A DNA stretch of 64,000 nucleotides from Mobula hypostoma (lineage: Eukaryota). The stretch is from the NCBI RefSeq assembly GCF_963921235.1, contig NC_086118.1, positions 19,036,001 through 19,100,000 on the forward strand. The letters run 5' to 3'. Below, piece by piece: positions 25,471-37,619 of this stretch (position 1 is the first letter of the stretch; every line of letters starts with the position of its first letter). The notes beneath the pieces were generated by a model that was given only the letters and a program-made list of their open reading frames with translations, searched no databases and had not been told where the DNA came from. Position numbers and translations under genes: made by a program.

Positions 25471-26319
25471 AGCAAAAAGTCAAGGAAAGAGAGGATATAA
25501 CCTATCGATATTTTACAGCCCTTGGGCTAATGTGCTCCTGACATACATTAAGCAAGGAGAATAGCTTGGAAAAGGAGCAACTAAGGTGAGCTCAATGGAT
25601 ATTCACTTTTGGTCATCATTAAGATCATAATGCTGGCAATTCCATGCATCCACTTGGCTTCATTTTCCCTGCTGAAGCAAAAGTAGAGAAATAAAATCTG
25701 GTCCTCACGTACAGAGCTGTAGTGACAGCCTGATTCTGTGGCAAGCAAGACACCTGGAATATATCTGCTGCTACTACCTGGTGTGTTCCTGAGACTAAGA
25801 AGCTGCGGATGACAATGATCTTGACCTCAAGGTGTGAGATTTGAGGTAATCCTAGAACAAGGTCTATTTCATTGGTACCTGCATCAGTCCTCCCATGCTG
25901 ATTGGATTTTTGTTCCAGCGTAATAATTACATCTACTTTGTTACAGTTGAGTAAGCAGATCTACTTCATCACATTGTTAGCCATGCAGCAAAGGGAAGTG
26001 CAAGAGATGTACACATTCAAAGCTTATGAGAACCCCTGTTTCTTTAGATGTTATAAAGGAACAGCATGCTAACCTTACAGTTAAAGCAATGTTCTTTCCT
26101 GGTATGATGGATTGGTTATGGCAACCTCAGTGTTCCAGTTTGCTCAGCGATAACCCAGCAAGTGTAATAGGATCACTGGATGGGAGAATGGAATTGAAAT
26201 CATGGAATGAACTTTGTAACTAAACTTAGTCATTGTTATAAGGTCACAGAGTGATGTGAAACAGGTCCTTCTGCCCAGAGAGTGCACGTATCATCATACA
26301 CCCGCCGGAACTAATCGCA

Positions 26320-26550
26320 ATTTATTCTCCCCAGATTTCCCATCAGATCTCCACCCTCCCTCTGCCCCAGGTTCCAATCACTCACTTACACACTGGAGCA
26401 GTTTATTCATCAACCCACCAGAGGATGTGGGAGGGAGCCAGTGCGGTCACAGGGAGAACAATCAAATTCCACACAGTCAGCACCAGAGGTCAATATTTAA
26501 CCCCAGCTGTTGAAGCTGTGAGGGAGCATTTCTACCAGATGTGTCACTGT
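26320..26550 (-). mobile_element. Decayed V-SINE-like element
   Basis: ggatgtgggagg..ggtcacagggagaac..aaattccacacag..cagcaccagaggtca core. Confidence 0.55.
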
Positions 26551-28594
26551 TGGATTCCAACCAAATCATTTGTATCTGATCTCCTTTTAAGGCCCGCATT
26601 AAAGGGTTCTTAAACTAATAATTCGAAAGCAGAAGTTCAAGATCAATAGACATTTCTGTAAAATAAAGGATCACCAGCTCTTTCTTATACCACCAGCTAT
26701 CTACCCTTGTGTGCTATTGAATATAGTAATCTGCTGTGAACTCAGTATCTTCTACATCAGGATCACCTCTGCAGAGTACAGAACCTCTCCCAGACATACT
26801 CTGTGAATGATCCTCACAGCTCATGAAGCCTCTCCTTACCCAACCAGCAACCTCTGGGATCACAATCAAACCAGTCATGGAATTTAATAAAAATCACTTG
26901 AGAAGTTTTAAAAGAAGAAAGCTAAAATTAGAACATTACAATAATTTTAAAAATTAAATTGTAAAACAGAACATAAAAACCAGATGCACATTTGGAAACC
27001 ATTATATACACTGTGTACATGAAGTTAATTCCATAAAGTAAAATGCTGAAACTTTAATTCTCCTGATTCCCATTTCTTCTCATTGTAGTTAATTATAGTG
27101 TTGCGCTTACATAGAGTGTCATCTCTCTTCTTGTCAAAATCGTACATGTCATGTCAGAATCCTACATGTCAGAGAGACTTAAGGATCGCTTAATTTGCCA
27201 CTGTTGCACTTGTTCACTTTCCACAGGACTCCTGCAGGGAAGGAATTTATAATGGGGAAGAAACTGGTGCATGGTTTCTTCTAACAAGAGGAAGCGATTG
27301 GATCAGTGACTACATAAACCTTGGCAGATGTATCTGAATCCTATGGCAAGGCAACCAAGGCAGCCAGAGTTTCATCTTCCATGATAGCCTTCATCTGCCA
27401 ATCCTGTCATTGAGAAGGACGCCCTCTTCATTTACCTACTTTGCTTCTGAGGCATTAAAGTTGGATCATTATTTGCCTATTATCTCTCACCTCACCTTAC
27501 CACCCAGGAGTGTTGAACTCTAGATAACATGTAGATAACAGGTTAGTTGGTGAAGTGTAAGGCTACTTACTATGCAAAGTTTGTAATACACAACAGGCTT
27601 ATTTTAAATATAGTGAAGGTTCAGTGGACAGAATTACCATCCTGAGACCTGGGAAATCTATGGGGCTTCAGACTACCCATTTGGACCATCGTAGGTGAGT
27701 CCATGGTGTTGTAGATAAATCCACTGGAGCCTGGATTAACAGGCTCATTTTACAGTGATGTTCTGTGTCAACCTTAAAGATGTTTTCCCTCATGTGGGAA
27801 TACCTGAAACTAGTCCAGTCTGCGGAATTGCCCCAGTTAAATGATTGCAAACATTTCTAGTCACTTAATTTGGCAATTGCTTTCTTGGAAGGGGTTGCCC
27901 TAGATTGCATTCTCCATTGAACATAAATAACTGTCCTGTCTGACTTAATGATTTAGTGCAACCTACATTGAAATAAGAAGTTATATCCAGACATCCAAAG
28001 AACAAGAGAAATGAGTTGCATATTAATAGTCTTTCTACTGTTATCAATACAGGGATTTCAGCATCACTGGCAAGGACAACATTTATTGCTGATCCTTAAT
28101 TAGCTTTGAGAAGAGGTGGTGCCCTACCTCCTTGAACTGGTGTGCAGTGAAGATACTGCCACAGGAAAAAAAAATAATGGGAATATGAAGCTACAATATA
28201 TAGATGCCTGAAATAGAGACACTCAGCAGGCCAGGCAGCATCTAATAAACAGAGTTAACATTTCAATCTGAAGATTAAATATGAAGCAAGGTAAAGATTG
28301 AGAAGCAAAAAAGGAGGAACAGAATGGAATGTTTGTATTTGGATGGATACCAGGAAAGGTTGAATATTATTTGCTGGTGACACTAGATGAAAGAGGGTTC
28401 TGAAGGAATGTCTAACTAGGAGAGGCAGATGAAACATGATGAAATGAAGAAAACAAAACTGGATTGTAAAACTATGAGACTCAAGATAGGTATCAGAAAA
28501 TGTTGAATTCACTGTTGAGTTGAAAGTTGAGGCGTTGTTTCTCATGCTTATGTTAAGTTTCACTGAATGAGGGGGTCAGAGTGAGATGGACCAT

Positions 28595-29072
28595 TAAAGT
28601 AGATGACAACTGAGAGAATCATCAGGATTTCACTCCTCCCCATCCAGGATATACACCAGAAGTGCTGTGTTCACAGATCCCTCAGGATTGTCAAGGACCC
28701 GTGTCATCCATCCCACAATCTCTTTGACCCTCTACCATCAGGAAGTAGTACCACAGGACAAGAACAAGGACTGTTAGGCTGGGTAACGGCTTCTGCCCTC
28801 AGGTTGTACGACTTCTGGACAGCCTGCTACCACCCAGTCCACATTTATGACAACCTCGGTAGAATTATACTGTGTATATTTAACTATATGTTGTATATGC
28901 ATTTTACGTCAATTTGTACATCTACAGAATACTGTTTATCTGTTGATATTATTGTGTTAATGTTATTTTATGTGCTGTAGGTGATATATGTACTGTGTTT
29001 TGCACTGAGGAAAGCTGTTTTGTTTGGCAGTACACATGAGTACAGTTGAATGACAATAAGCTTGAACTTGAA
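28595..29072 (+). mobile_element. Rex1/Babar 3' fragment
   Basis: ERIIRISLLPIQDI..IVKDPCHPSHNLFDPLPSG; ends gacaataagcttgaacttgaa. Confidence 0.7.
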
Positions 29073-30899
29073 GTCGAAGGTGGCAGGTAATGGAAGTGTT
29101 CTGCCATGGTGGCACCAGATTTGATTTTGCTTTCCCTCCTGTAGGGGAGCCCATTTTGAGAGCACTACACAGTTGGAAGTAATGTAAATCAATTATTGTC
29201 ATCATTTACAATCTTTCATTGGACATAATCAGCATTGCACAGGAACAGGCAATGCAATAACCTGCTGCAGAAGGAATCTCACCAACTCTGATAAATTCTG
29301 AACAGGTTAGCCCATTTCAATTGCATTTGTCTGCAGATTAAATGTTCACCTTTCAGCTGATGAAGTATTCGTTTGAAATGCAGATACCTACGTTTATTAA
29401 GGACTCATTAGCAGTGTCATTTATATTAGTGTCAGAAGCACAAGGTTGTCGTTTCTACCTGCAAGGAATATTTTCCTGATGGCTCACTTGCTTTAAAAGT
29501 AAAAATGTTTAGGTTAAAATGCAGGCTAATCAATTGAAACAAGTTTGAATCTCAGCTGATAAGATCATACTGCAACCAATCAACAAGGCCACAATTTAAA
29601 TTCCTGGCCTATATAATGTCTGTAGTGGTCAGCAGAAATATCAGCATTTCGACCTCAGCACCAGTGTCTCAAGAGGAAAATCAGCCCCAGTCTCGCTCTA
29701 AATTGCAATTCAGTGCCTAACACTGATAATGTTTGTGTCACTGCAACAAGAGTTCTGTCATAATTCAAAGACCTGTATTTTATCTGTTACTGAGGTGTGG
29801 GAATTAAACAATTTAAATCTGGTTATTGTTATTTTCCAACTTGATAAAAATGCAGATGCGTGACTAGTATACAGAATTGAATAGAAGAGATATAACCCAG
29901 TTTCCTGATCATTTCTGGGTGAAATTGAACCCAAGGGCAAGTTGACTGGCAATTTTGTCTGCAATTTTACTTGGTGTGTCCAATGTTTCTTCATTCTCAG
30001 TCTCACAGCCAGCATATGTAATACGTCACACTGCATTCATTCCCTTCCTTGGTCACATTAAACATCCACAGAAAGAACCTCACACTGATATCAGCAGTGG
30101 GACATCAATTAAAGGACCTCCGTTCTGACATTGATATCTTGCCCAGCCTCAATCTTTTGCACTTGGGAAATTTGAAACCTCGTCACTGGTTGCTTTTTCA
30201 CTGATGGCAACATATAAAGTATGTCAGTACAATCTACTGTAACCTCTGGCTCACTGATCATCCCTCTCCTTGAGGAGAGAGTAATGATTTCACTCATGAC
30301 ACAGGCCATATAATTATGTCTACAAGCACATAAGATCACTCCTCTCCTGACTTTTCCCTCACCTTCATGGCAGTGTATTGTACTGCTCTTTCTGTGGCTC
30401 CCGAATGGTAAGAACCTCAATGGTCCAAAATGCTTCGCAGTAAACAACACATCAAAGATACACATTTTCCATTCAGCACCCATTGGGAACTGGACAGGCC
30501 CTGTTTTTAGACTTGATTCTGGATGTAAACCACCACAATTTACTGTATTCTTAGTATAATTTTGGCCCATTTCACTTTTTATAGGAGATTCATATGCACA
30601 TTAACACACGTTCAGCACACCACAAAAAGAAATGACATCTACTTTCCAGGCAAGTAGTATTAAAAAATATCATATGCAAATACATTTTGATTGCAAGACA
30701 AGTCATAGGCACTTAACGCTTACTTTATACCAAATTCAATTAAATCACTGTGCTGGGTAGCACATATAGTTGGATTGACGCTTCATATTTGAATAGAGTG
30801 CAGAAAATATTTATGTTAAACAGTCCTGAGCAACAGGAAATCAGCAGAGTGCAAAGCTGAAGTTAAGTTGTGATGGTCAACTAGATTTGAAGTTGAGTA

Positions 30900-31405
30900 T
30901 GGTGGCCTAAAATTATATGTAAAACATCCAACTGAAGAAAAAGTTGGTGAGGGAATGCTTTAATTTTTCACATAATAAAAGTTGCTACCTGAGTATGGTG
31001 TCAGAGGAGGAGGTGGTATTAGATACAATCACTACATTTTAGAGGCATTTTGATACACACTTAGCCAGCTGGTAGCGTAGTGGCATCAGCACCGGACTTT
31101 GAAGCGAAGGCTCCCGAGTTCGAATCCAGCCGGCTCCCTTGCACTCTTTCCATCCGTGCTGGGTTGAGCGTCGAGCTAGCAACTCAACCTCATAAAAATA
31201 AGAAAGCCTGCTAAAAAAAAAACGCCATCATGACAGCGTCCCGATGACTCCACTCGGAGTTAAGGGCTTTCTTCTTTCTTCTTCTTGATACACACTTAAA
31301 TGGGAAAGACATTGAAAGATTCAGTCCAAATTCAGTCACATCAGAGTAGTGTAGGTATGTAATGAGGATGGCATGATGCTGTTCCTGTGCTGTATGACTC
31401 TATGA
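30900..31405 (+). mobile_element. CR1 3' remnant hosting a SINE
   Basis: Ends ctgttcctgtgctgtatgactctatga, a CR1-type tail. Confidence 0.55.
31064..31284 (+). mobile_element. Young tRNA-derived SINE with 14-bp TSD
   Basis: Perfect TSD TTGATACACACTTA (31050-63 / 31285-98); A box TAGCGTAGTGG 31073-83; B box AGTTCGAATCC 31117-27; (TTC)n tail; CpGs retained. Confidence 0.9.
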
Positions 31406-31688
31406 TTATCACTCTTAAGTGCAAGAGGGGAGCTGATTGAAACGTAAGGTTTTGAGGATTGGTGTGGAAGGATATTTCCCCTTGTGAGAAAATCTCAAAC
31501 TAGAGGTCGCTGTTTAAGGCCATCACCCAACTGAAGACAAAAATGAGATGAATGTTTATTATTCAATGGATCTTGAGACTTTGGGATTTTCTTCCTCAAA
31601 GAGTGGTGGAAGACAAAGCTTGAATATTTTAAAGGCATACAGCAGGTAGAATTTGGACTGAATCTTTTAATGTCTTTCCTATTTAAGT

Positions 31689-33583
31689 CAGCGATTCCTA
31701 AAAAAGAAAAAAGTACAAAGAATAAATGGATGACAGATGAAATCAAAAATCTAATGAAAGAAAGGAGACGGAAGAATATAAGTCCTCAGATAAAAAAGTT
31801 AAAAGCATATGTCAAAAAGCCAAGGAAGAATGGTTAAGCCAGGAATGTGAGCAAATAGAAAGAATCTCTATTACTAATCCAAAAAGGTTACATCAACAAA
31901 TCAAGAATATCACTGGTAAAAAGCTCCTCTGTTCTTCAGGTGGATGTTTGAAAGCAAAGGACGGTACCATTATCATGGAAAAAGATGAGATTATGAACAG
32001 ATGGACTGAGTATATTCAGGAATTATTTAAAGACGATTGAGGTGAAAACCAGAAATTAAGAAAAACATTGAAGCTCCAAGTAATTTAAAATCTGAAGTTC
32101 GTAATGCAATAAATAAGATGAAGAAAGGAAAGGCAGCAGGTCCTGATGAATTAGTAATTGAACAAATTATCGCCCTTGAAGATTATGGAATTGAAAAACT
32201 TACTGATTTAATCAATGATATTTATGAGACTGAATGATACCAGAAGAGAAGAAAAAAACAGTATTTATCACTCTTCCTAAGAAACCTGGAGCAATAGAAT
32301 GTGAATTACATAGGACCATAAGTTTAATGAGTCATATCACCAAGATACTTCTAAGAATTTTGATGATAAGAGCTAAAAGTAAGATACAAGCTGAAATAGG
32401 TAAAGAACAATGTGGTTTTGTGAAAGACAAAGGTACAAGAAACGTAATATTGATGATAAGGATACTATCAGAACATGCTATTCAAGTGCAAAAAGATGTG
32501 TTTGTTTGTTTTATCAACTACACAAAAGCAGTTGATAAAGTGAAGCACAATAAGTTATTTGAAATATTACAGAAAACTCTAGATCTAGATTCAAAAGACC
32601 TCCGCCTAATCAGAAATCTGTACTGGGAACAAACTTCCTCTGTAAGAGTAGATGGAGAAGTGAGTCAGTTTACGAAAATCAAGAGAAGCATTAGACAAGG
32701 GTGTGGTTTCTCCCCTGTTTTATTTAATGTGTACAGAGAAACAATATTACAAAAAATAAGAGACATCTTGGGAATCAAAGTTGGTGGTGAAAACATCAAT
32801 AATTTCAGATATGCAGATGACACTGTGTTAATTGCAAGTACGGAGGAAGAACTACAAAACTTAATTGATATAGTTGTTGAAGAAAGTGCAAAAATGGGTC
32901 TATCTATCAATTGCAAAAAGACAGAATGTATGGTGATATCCAAAAAGAAGGAGAATCCTATCTGCAGGCTGAGAATAAATGGGGAAGACATAAAACAAGT
33001 ACAGAACTTTTGCTACTTAGGAAGCTGGGTGACATCAGATGGCAGGTGCAACTTGGACATCAAAGGAAGAATAGGGATGGCAAAAGACACCTTTACGAGA
33101 ATGAAGAGTATACTGACCAATACTAAAGTAGGCATGACAACTCGCCTCAGAGTACTGAAATATTACGTTTATCCAGTTATGTTATATGGATCAGAATGTT
33201 GGACAATATCTAGTAACATGAGGAAATGAATTGATGTGGTTTTTGAGGAGGATGCAAAGAATATCATGGATGAAATGAGTATCTAACGAGGATGTCATGA
33301 ACAGGGCAAACACAAAAAGAGAAATAATGTATGAGATCATGAAAAGGCAACGTAACTTCATTGGACATGTGATTAGGAAAGAGGAGTTAGAATACACGGT
33401 AATTATGGGAAAGATTGAAGGGAAGAAAGCAAGAGGAAGACAAAGACAAATGATGATGGAGACAGCAGCCAGAGAACTGGAAATGAATAGCAATGAATTG
33501 ATCCACTTGACCTGAAACAGGAGTGTGTGGGTCATGGCAGTCGTAGCTCAGACTGGGCACGGCACCTGATGAATATGATGACG
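31689..33583 (+). mobile_element. RTE-clade LINE, 5'-truncated
   Basis: RT homology, short 3'UTR with (GAT)n-like tail, approximate TSD acagcaggtaga (31639-50) / acagtaggaaga (33584-95); sits inside a CR1 3' remnant. Confidence 0.85.
32234..33229 (+). pseudogene. RTE reverse transcriptase fragment (331 aa)
   Basis: HRTISLMSHITKIL, RQGCGFSP, FRYADD (YADD 32810-21), FCYLGS, MLYGSECW; flanked by stops and frameshifts. Confidence 0.9.
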
Positions 33584-35679
33584 ACAGTAGGAAGATAGAT
33601 TCTTGATAATCAAAGATAAGAAGGGTTGACAGGGTGTGTAAAAAATGTGAACATAGAACATTTCAGCTCAATACGTAGTGCAGGCACTTGGAAATATGAA
33701 GCTGGGGTCTCAATTAGATTCTCCATGAGTGGTGGAGCAATAGGCCTACTTTAGTTCCTAATTTGTATTATAATGTGTTTGTGGAAGGAGGAACACCATG
33801 AAAGTGGGAGAGAAAACGAGTGCAGAATCTGAACACTGAAATATAATAACCATGTCATCTGGCAGAGTACTTCAAATATCAGCTAATACTATGGGAACAA
33901 ATGAAAGCATTTCATCGGCATTTGTTTTTTTTGGTTGAAATATATTGGCACTAATTCAGTGACTGCACAGGTAAAAAAAGAAAATAGGACTGGATTTTAA
34001 AACAGCAGGCAATGATGGTGGTAATTATGGAGGAGGACAGAGTGATGAGAATATATTTAAAATACTCTCTGGCAACTTCATTCTCAATGATGCATTTTCA
34101 GATATTACTAGCATCATTCTCTGCTCACCATTATTCCATCACAAAACACAACAGTGACAGTGTAAGTAAACCATTCCAGTATTGTACAAAGGGGAAAGTA
34201 ATTTAAAGTCATACCTGCAATCAAGACATTTATATTCAAGCACCATTGTCAGTGCATGTAGTCTAATTTGTTTCAAGCATAATTTCTCACAATTATATCC
34301 ACTCTACTGTTTTAACTGGAATTACAACTATTAACTCAATGAGCAAACTGTGAGGTTGATAGATTCTGTTCATACTTGTAATTAAATGGATACTTAAACT
34401 GTTCACCAGAATAAGGGACTAAAAGATGAATTGAATAAAGGGGTTAAACTATGAGGACAATTTGCACAAACTGGGCTTGTATTTGCTTAAATGCAATAAA
34501 AATAAGGGATGATCTAATTTAGAGGTCTACAGTGATTAAAGGAGAGCTGAAGAGACAGATAAAAGTGACTGCCTCTGGTGGAGTTTATAGAATAAAGTAA
34601 CATAATGGATGAGATCTTTCTCAATGTGACACACTACCTTAGCTCATGCACCTCACCCTGCTTCTCATCCTGGCCTCTCCAGCATACCTACATGTTCAAT
34701 GAAGATCAGTGATCCCTAACCAGAAGAATGTGACTACACTTGAAAGACCATTATGGTTGATGTAAAGTTGAGGAATGAGAAACAAATTGTGACCAGGGCC
34801 TCAGTGGAGGATGTTATAGATTGCTCCCAACTTCACTGCACCATTACAGGTGTGGAAAGTGCTGATCCATACAAGATAGTGATTTCCCATGCAACAGTTG
34901 CCCATTTGCCAATACAATACAATCCGATATGAAAGTTAGTACTGTGAAGCTGAGGCAAGGACATTTTCACTGAAGGACGATGTAAATCTGGAACTATCTT
35001 CTTTAATTACTGTCAAAGCTATTTGATGGAGTTTATCAGGAAAGGTTTTAAGGCCTCTGGAACTCTTAATAGGTAAAGTAAGGTGAAGAATTGAATGGTA
35101 CAAAAACCTTGAGGAGCTGAAAGTGTATTCCAACTTCTCCTAAATGTCCATGGTGGCTTCTCTGAAGAGTAAGTATTTAGAATATAAATGTTATAATTAT
35201 TGCTTATTACCTGCAGGGTGACATTCAGCTATGCTGTCGTTAAGGACATGTTGTTATTCGGGAATAGGAACAACATTTAAAAAAACAAGTCATATCCACT
35301 GTTTTTTTAGTTAGTATTTGAACATGTTCCATTATCAAGCAATAGTAAGAAGATAATTTGTGGGGAAAATGGGCCAAGAAACCATGCTCTTCTACACTTC
35401 ACCTCCATCAGTACTCACATGTGCCCACTGATTGAGGAGCATCTGACAGAGTAAATAAATTGATTGTCATCTGGCATTCTGTTGTTGGTGGTCTTACTTA
35501 TGAATCAGAGGATATGGATTCCAATGGCGTCCAAAATTTTAAATTTTCTGGCTTATGGAGGAACGTATGTGAATGTCATTTAGGCCTTTAGGTGAACTTG
35601 AATTCTCAAGTCTTTAGTCTCATAGTTGCTTGAGTTAATTGTTAAGGATCCCATGTCTCTGTGTACAACCTTGTGCAGG

Positions 35680-36005
35680 GTAAATCTTGAGCACAATGGC
35701 TGACTTTCCATTGCCATGCTGAGTTAAACCTGCACTGTAAGTGTTGGTGTCATATAGAGGAGACAAGGCCCCCTCTTAAGTTGACTTATAAGATCCTGTG
35801 TCACTCCTTTCAAAAATAGCAAGTTATCCATGTTGATCTGAGGATTCTTTCTCAATCAACATCACGTAAGCAGTTCTGCCTGCTTTTGTCAGAGACAAAT
35901 TGCTGCTGAATTTCCTTTTTTTAGTACAGAAGCTTAGGGGTCTTGCATCCATTGTAAAACACTTCAGGAGGTCATGAAATAAGCTATTTCAATGTTATTT
36001 TTTTC
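35680..36005 (+). mobile_element. Old DeuSINE-like (SacSINE1/AmnSINE1-related) element
   Basis: Ordered motifs recalled from the Deu domain: ctgcactgt, aagatcc..tg.cact, ctcaa.caacatcac, caaattgctgc, gaggtcatgaaa..gctat; identified from memory. Confidence 0.5.
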
Positions 36006-37397
36006 TTATTCATGTTTCTGTTCAATGAAAAGTCCATCTTGACTGCAGCTCTAGACCTGTAAATGATGCTTCAGAATTAAAGTTTAATTAAAACTCATCC
36101 TCATACTTGGCATTTTGTGAAATATGGTGACATAAGTTTTATGTTCATTCTGTCCTTGTGAAATGTTCAGAGTCTTAATTAAAGAAATATTCTAATTTAA
36201 TTCCCAACTACGTATTAATTTGCAACATGTGCAAAAACATATCTCCAAGCAAACTAAAAAGAGTGTGTTATACTAAAAAGCAATAGTTATCAAAACGTTA
36301 TATTTACTAAAAAAAATGACTGTTCCATGGTTTCACTGTACCAGCATCACATGGCCTGATTTACAAAGCTAAATAAAGATTTATTAATGAGGTCAGGTCT
36401 CAGCATTGGCTGCCCTGCAAGATTGCTATTATTATATTGAATATAGCAGAACAGAATGAAACAGAGTACCCCATATTGCCCAGATGAAATATTTCCTCAA
36501 AGCTGAAGTCTTCATGGCCTTAATACAGTGAATGTAGAGAGCTCTAAGTTTTTATTTACTGTTTCAACATATGGGTTAAAACAAATATCATGATAGAAAG
36601 GAAGTACGTTTTGCAAAGCAGTTTGGTGATTAATTTCCACTTCACTACTTGGGTTGTAATGCCAGATGCTGGGCTGTGAATGTAACTGATCTGGGTCTGA
36701 ATGGTTCATTTGGTCATTTCTTTGTGGGGGCATTTCCTGAGGTCGGTGACAGGCATGCTTCACTACTTCCTTATCAGTTAGTGCAAATACTGGGGGATTG
36801 CCTTCACAAACTTTGATCACACTTGTAAACTCATCAGCCTTCCTCTGACATTCCATTTATGTAATCCACACTTGAATTTGCCCCCGACCCCATTCAGGAA
36901 CTAATATTATAACTACTCCTGTCTGGATAACACTATCATGGCAAGAAAGGGACCATGAATTTTGTGTGTATCCTTTACCAGGTCAAGTGGAATCAAGGTA
37001 ATTAAAAGAGTACACACTTCCACTGTACATTGCAATATACAGTATACTCTCTTAGTTTACTCCAGAAAAGAGACAAGAGATTCAATGCTGAAAATAAAGA
37101 ACAATGAAAAGGGTTGTAATTGAGAAGTACTGGTGATCAGGAATGAGAAGCAAGTGTAGTTCTCAACAAAGACTCATTTCTATGCAGTAGGTTAATATCA
37201 TGTGAAGTGATGCATGCGCTTTTTCTTTATGTTTGAGTAAAGAAGTGCATTTGCTGTTTTGTCTTTATCCTATTTTAAGGATGGTCTCTGCGAAGTGGAA
37301 ATAGTAGTTTAAAAAGGAAAATATTCCAGCAAACTAACAAAGAAAGCCTTATGGAATTGATGTATCTGAAGTGGCAACCTGATTCCTTGAAATATAT

Positions 37398-37619
37398 TGT
37401 AGTGCTTTGTAATTCCAGAAACTACCAGCAATTAAAAGAAAAACACAAGAGCCCAGTAAAACATGTCCACCTGATTTATCTTTTAGTAAGGTGCATACAT
37501 ATGTCATCCTCATACTTCTTACATATAACTCAAAATGAATTATGTAAACAAGCAAAGAATACTCAAACAGAATATTTACAATATTACTCATATATTACTG
37601 AAATTTTAAATACAGTACA
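37398..37619 (-). repeat. 3' LTR of the Gypsy element
   Basis: Similar to 40670-40918 (tttgtaa.tccagaaacta; tacttctt.catataac; aaataca..ca); purine tract agcagtgggaa adjacent on the minus strand. Confidence 0.75.

Noticed and set aside
30109..30570. 153-aa minus-strand ORF
   Set aside because: No recognisable domain or convincing splice boundaries; compatible with chance, though not tested by search.
31064..31135. tRNA gene
   Set aside because: The A/B boxes belong to a TSD-flanked SINE with a body and simple-repeat tail.
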